DNA of 64,000 nucleotides from Azolla caroliniana. Taxonomy: Eukaryota > Plantae > Polypodiophyta. The stretch lies in NCBI GenBank assembly GCA_043228905.1, contig JBHGNT010000015.1:496001-560000 (forward strand), given 5' to 3'. Of the stretch, positions 63,026-64,000 are shown piece after piece. Made by a program: the position numbers and the translations under genes. The notes under the pieces are model-generated. The model had not been told where the DNA came from and ran no database searches. It saw only the letters and a list, made by a program, of their open reading frames with translations. Position 1 is the stretch's first letter, and every line of letters starts with the position of its first letter.

Positions 63026-64000
63026 AGGATCTCCTATGTACAACGTAAGGCGCGCGTGCATGAAGAGCCGGTTCCTACGCTCCGGTGCACCGATTCCGCT
63101 TGTGGACGGTTTTCTTCACGACATCCGCCCCCACCTAACCGCGCATCCACCGGCATGCGCCAAATTGAGTTGAGACGGAGAAAACCGGTCCAGCCTTTAT
63201 TTCCCGCCCGTCAGTTCTTCTTCGGTTTCGGATCGTTCGTCGTCTCGGTCCAGGTTATCCGGATCCGGCTCGTCGTCGTGACGCTTCTTGAACGCTTTGA
63301 CCCGCTTCCCAGCTACCGGTATCGCCATTCTCGTGCCATCGAGTTCCGCCAGATGGTACGTCCCGTTGTTGTTGGCGCTTTGTACCACGTAAGGCCCGAA
63401 CCACCTTCTTGCGAACTTCGGTGTCGCTTGGTGCTGGTTGTCGAGGCTGTTGTCGTAGATTAGCACCCAGTCGCCTTCCTCGATCTTCTTCGGTCGGAGC
63501 CGGTGCGTTCGGTCGAACCGGGCTTTGTTCCTCGTCCTTGCCACCCGAAGCTTTTCCGCAGCCTGCCCCACGTCCTCCGGTCTTCGCTCGAGCTGTCGTA
63601 TGCGCGCCGTCAACAGTTCCTCCTTGCTCATCTCGTCTCTCCAGTCCACGGTTGCCCATGAGGAGATCGTACGTTCCATCGGCATGATCGGCTTCTGCCC
63701 AAACATGAGCTCTGCCTACATGAATCCGGTTACCGAACTGTGCGTAGTTCGGTCCGCCCACAACGCGTAAGGCAACAGCCGTGGCTAGTTCCCGACTTGT
63801 CCTCCGCACGCCTGAACTAACGCCTTGACGATCGGTCCGTGTCCGCGCTCCACCTTCCCATTCGCCTCCGGATTGTACGCAGTGGTAAGCGAGAGCTTGA
63901 CTCCTAGCCGATCGAACAACTCCTCGGCCTCTTCGGCGTCCAACTCCCTGCGATCAGCCACGATCTTCCCGACGCACCCGTACCGGCATATCACGTCCTC

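Larger units (their letters stand above)
57134..64000 (-). mobile_element. Ty3/Gypsy D family copy 2. 3' LTR 57134-63123 (split by Copia E) and integrase C-terminus 63197-64000; the element continues beyond the window.
   Basis: Highly similar to 21865-23330 (TGTCGAGGTATTCCTCG...TTCACGACA, same PPT, same integrase peptide). There is an in-frame stop at ~63785. Confidence 0.92.

Overview
Repeat-rich land-plant nuclear DNA. It is most likely from a non-seed plant such as a fern, an inference from the PLS-DYW PPR gene and the retrotransposon lineages. There are four host genes: the 3' end of a TPX2/MAP20-like gene (1-732,+), a PLS-class PPR-DYW gene with a degenerate deaminase motif (2471-5488,+), an AVT1-type amino-acid transporter (43002-45422,+) and a CKX7-like cytokinin dehydrogenase (50002-52504,-) preceded by five G-box repeats. 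About 31 kb (7915-39235) is one nested stack of LTR retrotransposons. Copia A contains Copia B, which contains a solo LTR, a gag-only element and Ty3 C. C in turn contains Ty3 D, which contains a further LTR-like insert. A second D-family copy at the right edge carries a fully intact, very young Copia (57665-63025). The most unusual signal is a Ty3 lineage with TGTCG...CGACA termini, 4-bp target duplications and a tRNA-Trp primer site. All four of its readable insertion sites are centred on CG (ACGT, ACGC, CCGT, ACGA). It includes a young non-autonomous gag-only member with a tRNA-like Pol III A/B-box module in its LTRs. All calls were made by eye and no database searches were run.
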